This document shows positions 35,582 through 45,967 of a DNA stretch of 45,967 nucleotides, in pieces. The DNA is taken from positions 1 to 45,967 of the forward strand of contig NW_021834497.1 of NCBI RefSeq assembly GCF_006345805.1. Reading direction: 5' to 3'. The stretch is from Octopus sinensis (Eukaryota). How positions within the stretch are numbered: position 1 is the first letter of the stretch; each line of letters opens with the position of its first letter. Below the pieces are notes generated by a model that made no database searches, was not told the origin of the DNA, and saw only the letters and a program-made list of their open reading frames with translations. The translations under genes were made by a program, and so were the position numbers.

Positions 35582-36269
35582 AATACTAAGCAATAAGGGT
35601 TTAGCAACGAGTTGCCTTACCACATACCGAATTTAGAAATAGCAGTCAAAGGGTTATAGCTATTCTTCTACTAAAAAGGGAGATCTCAGTAAAAACAGCA
35701 TTTGGAAGGCAGACACAAACAGGTAAGAGAGAATGAATTGACTGCAATCTATCATACATTTTTTTAGTTATCCACGGACGAAATCAAGTTTTTAGGAAAG
35801 CATAAGAATTAAATATTAATATTAAATAATTCTATCTTACCGAAACTTCTTTTCTCTTCAGCGTAGAATACTATAATCATAAATGATTATATATTGAATT
35901 TTGAGATACCAGAAGGCACCAACTCAACTCAGTATCTCAAAATTCAATATATAATCATTTATGATTATAGTATTCTACGCTGAAGAGAAAAGAAGTTTCG
36001 GTAAGATAGAATTATTTAATATTTAATATTTAATTCTTATGCTTTCCTAAAAACTTGATTTCGAAACGTACGTCCGTGGATAACTAAAAAAATGTATGAT
36101 AGATTGCAGTCAATTCATTCTCTCTTACCTGTTTGTGTCTGCCTTCCAAATGCTTTTTTACTGAGATCTCCCTTTTTAGTAGAAGAAATAGCTATAACCC
36201 TTTGACTGCTATTTCTAAATTCGGTATGTGGTAAGGCAACTCGTTGCTAAACCCTTATTGCTTAGTATT
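35582..36269. repeat. Near-perfect inverted duplication (~330-bp arms, 22-nt spacer) of a hammerhead-bearing unit
   Basis: 35582-35909 mirrors 35932-36269; only a few indels seen. Confidence 0.95.
35974..36080 (+). ncRNA. Type I hammerhead ribozyme with long AU-rich helix II
   Basis: TCTACG-CTGAAGA-[GAAA..AAGTTT..AGAATT/AATTCT..AAACTT..TTTC]-GAAA-CGTACG-TC-CGTGGA; palindromic helix III ACGTACGT; GUC triplet, predicted cut after 36074. Confidence 0.8.
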
Positions 36270-36399
36270 ACTTAAATTTTCCTCGAATGAGGCTTTTACA
36301 TGCCGAAGACTACTTGGTGTAATTGATAATTTTTCCAAATTAATTAATTTCACCCTTCATTATTACGGATATATATATATACAGATATACAGAATGCGA

Positions 36400-36753
36400 T
36401 GGGTAAATTGGCCACCTAACTCCCCAAACTGCAGCCCGCTTGATTATTATGTGTGGGGTGCAGTTGAGCGAGAGACCAAACAAAACTCCTAGTAACACAA
36501 AGATGAACCGAAGGCAAGAATTATGGCAGCACTGACCAACTTAAACAAGGAGACCATCCAGAAGAGTTGCAGGAGATTCCGAAGTCGTCTGGAGGCCGTG
36601 GTTGAAGCCAATGACAATTTTATTGAATAAATTTACTCTTTAGTATTTCAAAATATTTTTATGTAATTTTGGTAAACATATCTTTTAAAATGAGATGTCA
36701 GTGTTATTTTCATTTTTGTGTCACTTAGACGACAATTTATTCACCGCACCCTG
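36400..36753 (+). mobile_element. Tc1/mariner-superfamily relic: transposase C-terminus and 3' TIR
   Basis: WPPNSPNCSPLDYYVWGAVE...RRFRSRLEAVVEANDNFIE* (stop 36628-36630); ends CACCGCACCCTG|TA. Confidence 0.85.
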
Positions 36754-37527
36754 TATATATATACATGCATGCATGAATCTTTTGTCGCTTACCAGTTATA
36801 GCTAGGAGCTGTGGTCTTGCTGGGGCATTGCCATTTATGTGATTGCTATGTTACTTCAAACTCTCTTCCCGACAGTCTCTCTGGATTTGTTCCTGGTAAA
36901 GCAGTGAGTTGGAAAAATCTAACCATTTTAAAGTTTCTTGAAATGATTGGTTCATCTGGTATATCAGATATAAAAAATGTCTAAATACTCTTTGAACTTA
37001 TCCACATTCATCTCTAGTTCTATGACCTTTTTTTTTCTGGTACCTTATCGAAAAACAGTGGATCCTTGAAGTCTAAGCAGTTGTATATATCATTTATATA
37101 CGAAGCAAAAATGAATTTTGTTAAGATTCCATAATAAAATATTTTATAAACCATCTTTCCTTTTTTATTCTGTTTTCTATATGTGCTCTGAGTCATACCC
37201 GACTGCAGTTTTTGAATAAAAGATGCGTGGACTATAACACCTGAAAACCGCATACGTGAGTATATATGGAATTCCAAATACTGGTTTATTTTTTGTTCAA
37301 GTTAAATGTTAAATCACACTGTATTTACACACACACAGACTCACACACACATTAAATGTTTGTTTTTATGTTTAGCTATAATAACAATTTTACATTAATC
37401 TGATGGGTTTAACTATACTTTTGTAGAGCACACATTTACTATCCTTATACAAGAATGTTGTTGCCTTGACTTCGATGTTTCGGCTAGCTAACACATCGTG
37501 AGGCTAATATATACATACATACATACA

Positions 37528-37579
<52 letters not shown>

Positions 37580-37640
37580 ATATATATATATATATTATAT
37601 ATATATATATTATATATATATATATAATATATTTATATAC

Positions 37641-37671
<31 letters not shown>

Positions 37672-37748
37672 ATATATATTTATATACATATATATGTATA
37701 TGTATATATCGTTGGCGATTTTTTTTCCTGTGTCTTCCCTTCTCCTAT

Positions 37749-37783
37749 GTTTCCGACGAAGAGCTCCGGTCGAAACGTTAAAC
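37749..37783 (+). ncRNA. Variant minimal hammerhead-like motif in a ~185-bp element (37710-37893) between (TA)n tracts
   Basis: GTTT-CCGACGA-A-GAGC(TCC)GGTC-GAAA-CG-TT-AAAC; U4C core change and one helix II mismatch. Confidence 0.5.
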
Positions 37784-37922
37784 CCTCCTTCTTCCCCTCT
37801 TTCCTGAGCGTCCAATAATACTATATTTGTTCCACTTCCTCGCGTTGTTGTGTTTTTTTTGTGTTTTTTTTGTGTTTTCTTGTTTGGATTAACTATATAT
37901 ATATATACATATATATATATAC

Positions 37923-38001
<79 letters not shown>

Positions 38002-38002
38002 C

Positions 38003-38036
<34 letters not shown>

Positions 38037-38437
38037 ATATACATATATATGTATATGTATATATATATATACACACACACGCCCGCACACACACACACAC
38101 ACACACATACACACACACACACACATATATATATATAGGTTTCAGATCTGCGTAATATTTAATAGGAAATACACCTTACGCAATACTTTCCTCTGTTACA
38201 TACACATTTTTGTGCACACGTAGGATAAAACAACACTCACTACATTATGAGAGATGAGTGTTGTTGATTCATTCCATTGCATCTCAAATTTTCTTGGGGA
38301 GAAACGTCTAAAATTCAAAGCTTACACTTACCAGAGCTGAACCACAACTAAAATAATCTAATGTGTCTTTATATTTGATGACAGATTTGCGTGATATTTG
38401 TCAGTTATTTCTAGCAAGCCAGATACTTCGTTGCGCT

Positions 38438-38836
38438 CTCTTTACTTGTGTCAGTCATTTGACTGCGGCCATGCTGGAGCACCGCCTTTAGTCGAGCAAA
38501 TCGACCCCGGGACTTATTCTTTGTAAGCCCAGTACTTATTCTATCGGTCTCTTTTGCCGAACCGCTAAGTGACGGGGACGTAAACACACCAGCATCGGTT
38601 GTCAAGCAATGCTAGGGGGACAAACATAGACACACAAACACACACATACATATATATATACATATACATATATACGACAGGCTTCTTTCAGTTTCCGTCT
38701 ACCAAATCCACTCACAAGGCATTGGTCGGCCCGGGGCTATAGCAGAAGACACTTGCCCAAGATGCCACGCAGTGGGACTGAACCCGGAACCATGTGGTTG
38801 GTTAGCAAGCTACTTACCACACAGCCACTCCTGCGC
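38438..38836 (-). mobile_element. SINE family A, apparently complete and low divergence
   Basis: Full layout from head to the CTCTTTTAC-type tail. Confidence 0.95.
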
Positions 38837-39534
38837 TGTTTATAAAGTTGCTGAATGTAATGGCAAAAAGTGACAAGGGAACGTCCGTAACTTAGTGACT
38901 GTTGTTTCTGAGTTCAAATCCCAAAGGGATCGATATAATAAAATATCAGACAAATAACTCCTCCCAAAATCCACGTCTTTTGCCAATGTTTGAAGCAATT
39001 ATTTGGCGACTCCAGCTGAATATGAACTGAGAAGTAAAAGAAATGAAAATAAATTGGTCCGACGCTCCATCAATTTCTGCTCACAGACAAGAGACAAATT
39101 AACATTCACCAAGTCTTTGTTGGTTAATAGTCTCCGTTTTAAATGGTGTTTATTATTTCAATGTCTACACGAAAAATCTCATATTCGCAATGTAAACAAT
39201 ACTCGCCACTACCGTGTAATTAGCGCTCAGGTTTTGTTTATTTATTGCACACGAACATACACAATTACACACAAACACATACACACGCACTCACACACGT
39301 ACAATGTTATATATACTCTCTTCTGTTGATATTTTCATCTGCATGCTTTCGTCATTATTTTTATTGCTAACTTCCATGAATGATTGATTATCCCTTCCAG
39401 TTTTCTTCGTTTTTGTCCCTGAAAGACTACCCCCAAATTATGAACGATTTTCACAGTGCACTACTTGACTTCAAACATTTGCTGCTTTTCACTGAAATAT
39501 TTTGTTAGCGTGTGTGTGTGTGTGTGTGTGATTG

Positions 39535-39631
<97 letters not shown>

Positions 39632-39664
39632 GTCTGTCTGTCTGTCTGTCCGTCCGTCCGTCCG

Positions 39665-39724
<60 letters not shown>

Positions 39725-39778
39725 CTATCTATCTATCCATCCATCCATCCATCCATCCATCCATCCATCCATCCATCC

Positions 39779-39816
<38 letters not shown>

Positions 39817-39830
39817 ATGTCGGTCTGTTT
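39535..39830. repeat. Compound (TATC)(TGTC)(TCCG)(TCCA)n tetranucleotide
   Basis: Direct reading. Confidence 0.95.
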
Positions 39831-41163
39831 GTATGTCTGTCTAATAATGACTGAGAAAAGAACTAGAATTATGCAATTACCTTCATTAGCTTACAGCTGT
39901 TTCTGCTATCATGGTTGGCACCTTCAGATGCTTTTCTTTTCATTCCAACAAAACGCATTATCTCTTGCGTAAACAAAACTTCTAATTCTTTTTTTTAGGG
40001 AAATGGAAATGCCTTTAACAGAATAAACAGATCTTAACAGGGAGGTGTCATGAGCTGGAACATAACATCCAGGGTGCAATACTGTTTTGATAAGATCGAA
40101 TTGTAATAAACGGGCATAGAGTAAATATTTGACTGTATGAATTAATGATTCGCAGATTGCCGATGTAGATAATTTACTAAGGGTCCCGAAATTCCGTTTA
40201 ATGTTAGCATTTATAGAAGGCATTAATATTTGTGTTTCTGTAAATAAGTTTGTGAAATTTTAAAGATGGCTTGGAATTCCATGGAGTAAACTATCACTAA
40301 AAGGCCGGAAGGTTTCAGTGACACTCGGAGATCAACAATGAAATGAAATAAACATTTGTCTTAAACTATATTCCGTCAGTTCTAAAATCCGTTTGTTTGG
40401 CATGACTGTAGCCTTGGAATAAGGGACACTCTCTACTCTTGGGTGCAACTGTAGTGGATTCTTTTACTGTTTTTAATTGTGTCTTTAATAATGGTGTTCT
40501 TGCAGAATCTAACACTTCATTGAAAGAACAAAAAAAAATTCTTAAAGGTATCGACTAGCTATATTTTCCAGGTTATTGTTTGAAAAATTAACGGATTAAA
40601 ACAGTAATCTGTGTATCATAGATAATAAAAATACACTACGAAAAGTCAAATTGATGCATAGATTGCTATTTTAATCCAATACTGCTACTATTGCACATAA
40701 CGAATTTTTATTCAGCCGGCCGGCTAATCGCAACATCAGTGATTTTTCATTCACTGTTTTCCCATAAACGGATTTTGTTTTGGCACGTATTTGCCTGCGG
40801 CTACATGCTGCTAACGAAGTACGAAAATGTAGAAACGTGCATCTTGTACTCGTGTTACCGCAGTTGGAGGACTTTTTTGTGTTAACACAGTGCGTCTATA
40901 AGAGATACTATTTTTGGACAAATACTGTAATTAATTTAGCTTTCAGTGATGTATTTGCAATAAATATGGTACACAGATTGATTGTTATTTTAGTTCAATA
41001 CGGCATCTGCTGCATATATCAAATTTTCCTACCTACCTACCTACCTACCTACCTACCTACCTACCTACCTACCTACCTACCTACCTACATACATACATAC
41101 ATACATACATACATACATACATACACACACACTATATACACACACATACATACACACACATAC

Positions 41164-41237
<74 letters not shown>

Positions 41238-41676
41238 ATGTTGACATCATATGAATTCATAAACTTTCGATGGAACGTGGAATAATTATATTTTGGAATT
41301 GGAGCTCGAAGCACATACAAAGCCATAAATAATAACATATCAACATTAGTTTGAAAACCCATTTTGAAATAAAAAAAAACGAAGGCTGCCCGGAGGACTA
41401 GCACTTACAACAAGTGTTCTGTCGTTGTCTCGTGTGATTTATAGACTACGACATAAACACTGAAAAAAGTCCATGGGTTTGGTTACATTTCAATTGATCC
41501 ATATTTCAATTGACCCATATGTGAGGATATTCTATGTCATTCCATTTCTTTCTTCCTGTAATCCCTTTCCGACATTATGAACACAGAATTATAAAACGAG
41601 TACAGAGATAAGCGCGAACATTTATCCCCACACTGATTATACATACATAACATACATACATACCATATATATATAT

Positions 41677-41722
<46 letters not shown>

Positions 41723-41741
41723 CATGTATACATATATATGC

Positions 41742-41773
<32 letters not shown>

Positions 41774-42001
41774 ACACATACATATATACATATATATGCA
41801 TATATATATATATTATTATATATAAGGGCTTAGTAAATAAATTACTTTGCCACATACTGAACTCATTAGAAATAGCAGCTAAAAAGAATTTCTTCAGCTA
41901 TTTCTAATACTTAAAGAAGATCTCTCTCAGATAGTGTTTGCCTAAACTAACTCACAAAAGTATGGGGGAAAAAACATTAAAAAATCAAGTGCAAAGGTTA
42001 T

Positions 42002-42053
42002 TGAGAACGTACGTTTCTAGATTAGTCAATTCGACATTTCTTTCTTCAGCTCA
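42002..42053 (-). ncRNA. Type I hammerhead fold, copy 1
   Basis: Minus: TGAG-CTGAAGA-A-AGA..GTC(GAATT)GAC..TCT-A-GAAA-CGTACG-TT-CTCA; GUU triplet, imperfect helix II. Confidence 0.68.
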
Positions 42054-42556
42054 GAATTCCTTGAATCGGATTTGGAACACTGAAAGTCGGGAGCATACCC
42101 TTTCGGCTTCTAATCACCTCTAGAATTCTGCTCGAACTAAAAGTGCTATCAAATTCGAATATGCAAGCGAAGAATTTCTGCTCTCCCCTTTCCACCAGCG
42201 TGGGTTAAAATTGACAAACACCATGTATTAACGGTGAAAACCGCAGAATTTAGCAGAGAGAGATGAATTATAATTTCAACAATTGAGGGTAAAATTAATT
42301 AATTATTAATCAATTTCACCAAGTATTCAGTATGTAAAGGGACCATTATAGGCGAATTCAAAATATTACATTATATATAAGGGCTTAGTAAAATAAATTA
42401 CTTTGCCACTACTGAACTCATTAGAAATAGCAGCTAAAGAAATTTCTTCAGCTATTTCTAATACTTAAAGAAGATCTCTCTCAGATAGTGTTTGCCTAAA
42501 CTAACTCACAAAAGTATGGGGGAAAAAACATTAAAAAATCAAGTGCAAAGGTTATT

Positions 42557-42608
42557 TGAGAACGTACGTTTCTAGATTAGTCAATTCGACATTTCTTTCT
42601 TCAGCTCA
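42557..42608 (-). ncRNA. Type I hammerhead fold, copy 2
   Basis: Identical to copy 1 over the fold. Confidence 0.68.
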
Positions 42609-43120
42609 GAATTCTTGAATCGGATTTGGGAACACTGAAAGTCGGGAGCATACCCTTTCGGCTTCTAATCACCTCTAGAATTCTGCTCGAACTAAAAGTG
42701 CTATCAAATTCGAATATGCAAGCGAATATTTCTTTAGCTGCTATTTCTAATGAGTTCAGTATGTGGCAAAGTAATTTATTTTACTAAGCCCTTATATATA
42801 ATGTAATATTTTGAATTCGCCTATAATGGTCCCTTTACATACTGAATACTTGGTGAAATTGATTAATAATTAATTAATTTTACCCTCAATTGTTGAAATT
42901 ATAATTCATCTCTCTCTGCTAATTCTGCGGTTTTCACCGTTAATACATGGTGTTTTTGTCAATTTTAACCCACGCTGGTGGAAGGGGAGAGCAGAAATTC
43001 TTCGCTTGCATATTCGAATTTGATAGCACTTTTGTGTTAGAGCAGAATTCTAGAGGTGATTAGAAGCCGAAAGGGTATGCTCCCGACTTTCAGTGTTCCC
43101 AAATCCGATTCAAGGAATTC

Positions 43121-43170
43121 TGAGCTGAAGAAAGAAATGTCGAATTGACAATCTAGAAACGTACGTCTCA
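43121..43170 (+). ncRNA. Type I hammerhead fold, copy 3 (two single-base deletions)
   Basis: TGAG-CTGAAGA...GAAACGTACGTCTCA. Confidence 0.6.
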
Positions 43171-43589
43171 AATAACCTTTGCACTTGATTTTTTAATGTT
43201 TTTTCCCCCATACTTTTGTGAGTTAGTTTGAGGCAAACACTATCTGAGAGAGATCTTCTTTAAGTATTAGAAATAGCTGAAGAAATTTCTTTAGCTGCTA
43301 TTTCTAATGGTTCAGTATGTGGCAAAGTAATTTATTTTACTAAGCCTTATATATAATGTAATATTTTGAATTCGCCTATAATGGTCCCTTTACATACTGA
43401 ATACTTGGTGAAATTGATTAATAATTAATTAATTTTACCCTCAATTGTTGAAATTATATATCTATATATATATAGATATATATATACACACTACATATAT
43501 ACATATACATATATATATATATACATATATATATACATATATATATATATAGACATATATATATATTATATATATAATATACAGTATAT

Positions 43590-43983
43590 GGGCGTGTGGG
43601 TAGCCAGCTGCTTACCAACACATTGTTCCGGGTTAGTCCCCACTGCGTGTTACCTTGGCAGGTCTCCCTACTAAAGCCTCGGGCCAACCAAAGCCTTGTG
43701 AGTGGATTTGGTAGACGGAAACTGAAAGAAGCCCGTCTTTTATATGTATATGCATATATATGTACGTGTGTGTATATGTATTTGTGTGTCTGTGTTTGTA
43801 CCCCCCCTCCCGCTTGACAAGTGATGCTGGTGTGTTTACGTCCCCGTCACTTAGCGGTTCGGCTAAAGAGTCCGATAGAATAAGTACTAGGCTTACAAAG
43901 AATAAGTCCTGGGGTCGATTCGCTCGACTAATGGTGGTGCTCCAGCATGGCCGCAGTCAAATGACTGAAACAAGTAAAAGAGT
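43590..43983 (+). mobile_element. SINE family A (diverged head)
   Basis: Family A body and 3' end. Confidence 0.88.
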
Positions 43984-44126
43984 AAAACACACACACACAC
44001 ACATATATATATACATATATATACTGTATATACATATATATATATATATATGTGTGTGTGTATGTGTGTGTGTGTTTGTGTGTGTGTGTGTATGTGTATG
44101 TATGTATATGTATGTATATACATGTA

Positions 44127-44167
<41 letters not shown>

Positions 44168-44395
44168 TGTGTGTGTGTGTGTGCGTGTACAGAGAGGGAG
44201 AGATATCTCTGCTAATGGCGAGATAGTTAGCTAGATAAGCTAGATAGGAAGTAATCAGCGTTTCCTTGACATCTGATTAAGGGTGTGGTGACTTCGTTTT
44301 TTAAAAGTCAACAGTGCTCTGAGTAGCTTGTTTGGTCGATGTACGCGAAATAGTGCTTGGCTGAGGTTATGGGAAACGTGAAGCAGCAATAGCAA

Positions 44396-44435
<40 letters not shown>

Positions 44436-44496
44436 ATACTACTACTACTACTACTGCTAGTAGTAGTAGTAGTAGTAACAACTATTATAATAGTAA

Positions 44497-44712
44497 TAAT
44501 CCTTTCTACTATAGGTACGAGACCTGAAATTTGGGGAAGAGGGCTAGTTGATTTCATCAACACCAGTACGTAACTGGTACTTAATTTCATGGATCTTGAA
44601 AGGATGAAAGGCAAAGTCGACCTCAGCGGAATTTGAACTCATAACGTAAAGATGGACGAAATGCCGTTAAGTATTTTGCCCGGCGCGCTAACGATTCTGC
44701 CAACTCGCCACC
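44497..44712 (-). mobile_element. SINE family B
   Basis: CORE-like domain and head on the minus strand. Confidence 0.9.
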
Positions 44713-44790
<78 letters not shown>

Positions 44791-44821
44791 ATAATAATAA
44801 TAATGATAATAATAATAATAA

Positions 44822-44965
44822 TAATCCTTTCTACTATATGTACAAAGCTTGAAACCTTGTGGGGAGGGGACTAGTCGATTAGATCAACCCCAGTGCTTCA
44901 CTGGTACTAAGATTTTCGAAAATATGAACGGTAACGTCGAACCGGGCAGGATTTGATCTCAGAAA
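44822..44965 (-). mobile_element. Degenerate SINE family B fragment
   Basis: AATCCTTTCTACTAT..GACTAGTCGATTAGATCAACCCCAGTGC..CTGGTAC. Confidence 0.7.
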
Positions 44966-45400
44966 GAAAAAAACGTTTGCAGAAATACGCTCCTGCGACT
45001 GGTGGGAGGGAGGACATTAGTCTCAAAACGAGAACTTGAACCAAATCCTTGCAGTAGGATAGGCGTTGCTTTTAGTACCTAGGACTAGGTGGTGATAGTA
45101 AACCGGGTTACAAATTACGAATTTGGGTTTATTTAGCTGTTATTTCTAACAAACCGAGTAACTACGTAGCGACTCTCGTTGGCTCTGAGAACAGAATTGC
45201 CAAAATTACAGAAGTGGTAGAGCATTAAATTAAAATTTTTACCGTATTTAATAACGTTTTTCAAAATTTTTTTTATTTTTAATCCTTCTGATTATCAGTC
45301 CTGTCACAATCGCCTTTAATACTTATGTCCCTCGGGGAATGATAAAAATGTTAACAAGTAATGCACTGGGATCTATTCAAAGGGGCTGCTCCTACCACAA

Positions 45401-45517
45401 ATTTGTGCCCAGAGTTGCACACATACACACACAAACACACACACACGCACACACATACATGCATATATATATATATGTGTGTGTGTGTGTGCAATTCTGG
45501 GCACAAATTCTGGGCAC
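45401..45517. repeat. Short foldback of unique sequence around a (CA)/(TA)/(TG) tract
   Basis: 45401-45422 versus the reverse complement of 45487-45508 (1 mismatch), then TCTGGGCAC repeated. Confidence 0.8.
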
Positions 45518-45542
45518 ACACACACACACGCGCACACATACA

Positions 45543-45582
<40 letters not shown>

Positions 45583-45599
45583 GTGTGTGTGTGTGTGTG

Positions 45600-45650
<51 letters not shown>

Positions 45651-45967
45651 ATACATATATATGTATGATGTATATATATAATCATCACACACACACACAC
45701 ATTTACGTATATATGTATATAGATGTACGGTGTGTGTGTGTGCTAGAACAAGTGATTATTTGGGTCTTTTCCCTCTTTTCTATTCCATTCTATTATTGCA
45801 TTCTATTTTAATCTTTTATACTACAGTATTCCATTCTAACTTTTTTTTTTATTCCAATTCACACCAGCATATTCTCTTCTGTTCTAACGTGTTCTATTTT
45901 GTTCAGGTTTTCTTTTTTTTATATTCTATTCTAATCTGTTTCTATTCTGCTCATAATCTATTCTATT

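Larger units (their letters stand above)
41815..43458. repeat. ~555-bp hammerhead-bearing unit: 1.6 tandem copies (41815-42726) then 1.3 inverted copies (42728-43458), embedded in (TA)n
   Basis: AAGGGCTTAGT period 555; inverted period 557; the junction lies at shared GAAGAA(A)TTTCT microhomology. Confidence 0.93.

Noticed and set aside
40780-41211. 143-aa ORF starting in unique sequence
   Set aside because: TTG start, no homology recognised, and it runs into (CCTA)/(CATA)/(TA) repeats.

Overview
AT-rich, microsatellite-saturated eukaryotic DNA, most likely cephalopod (Octopus-like). That assignment is inferred from the SINE families and (TA)n/(TG)n/(TACA)n density and was not confirmed by a search. 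I found no intact host protein-coding exon; nearly all listed ORFs are low-complexity artefacts. The window is a nested mosaic of: about 20 tRNA-headed SINE copies or fragments from three modular groups; a decayed Helitron RepHel (7.5-10.6 kb); a gag/ORF1-like zinc-knuckle relic (17.6-19.0 kb); two Tc1/mariner relics; a 5'-truncated CR1-type LINE (28.9-30.4 kb); and a 3.2-copy ~790-bp tandem array inside a SINE. A CpG-rich stretch at 12.8-13.2 kb with YY1- and NRF1-like motifs may be the promoter of a leftward gene. The most notable signal, invisible in the ORF track, is a set of type I hammerhead ribozyme folds: nine copies in about seven sequence contexts, mostly next to (TA)n-type tracts. 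Three of the carrier elements are inverted duplications with 3' ends facing outward, resembling Penelope-like or retrozyme non-autonomous retroelements. All folds, alignments and coordinates were derived by eye.
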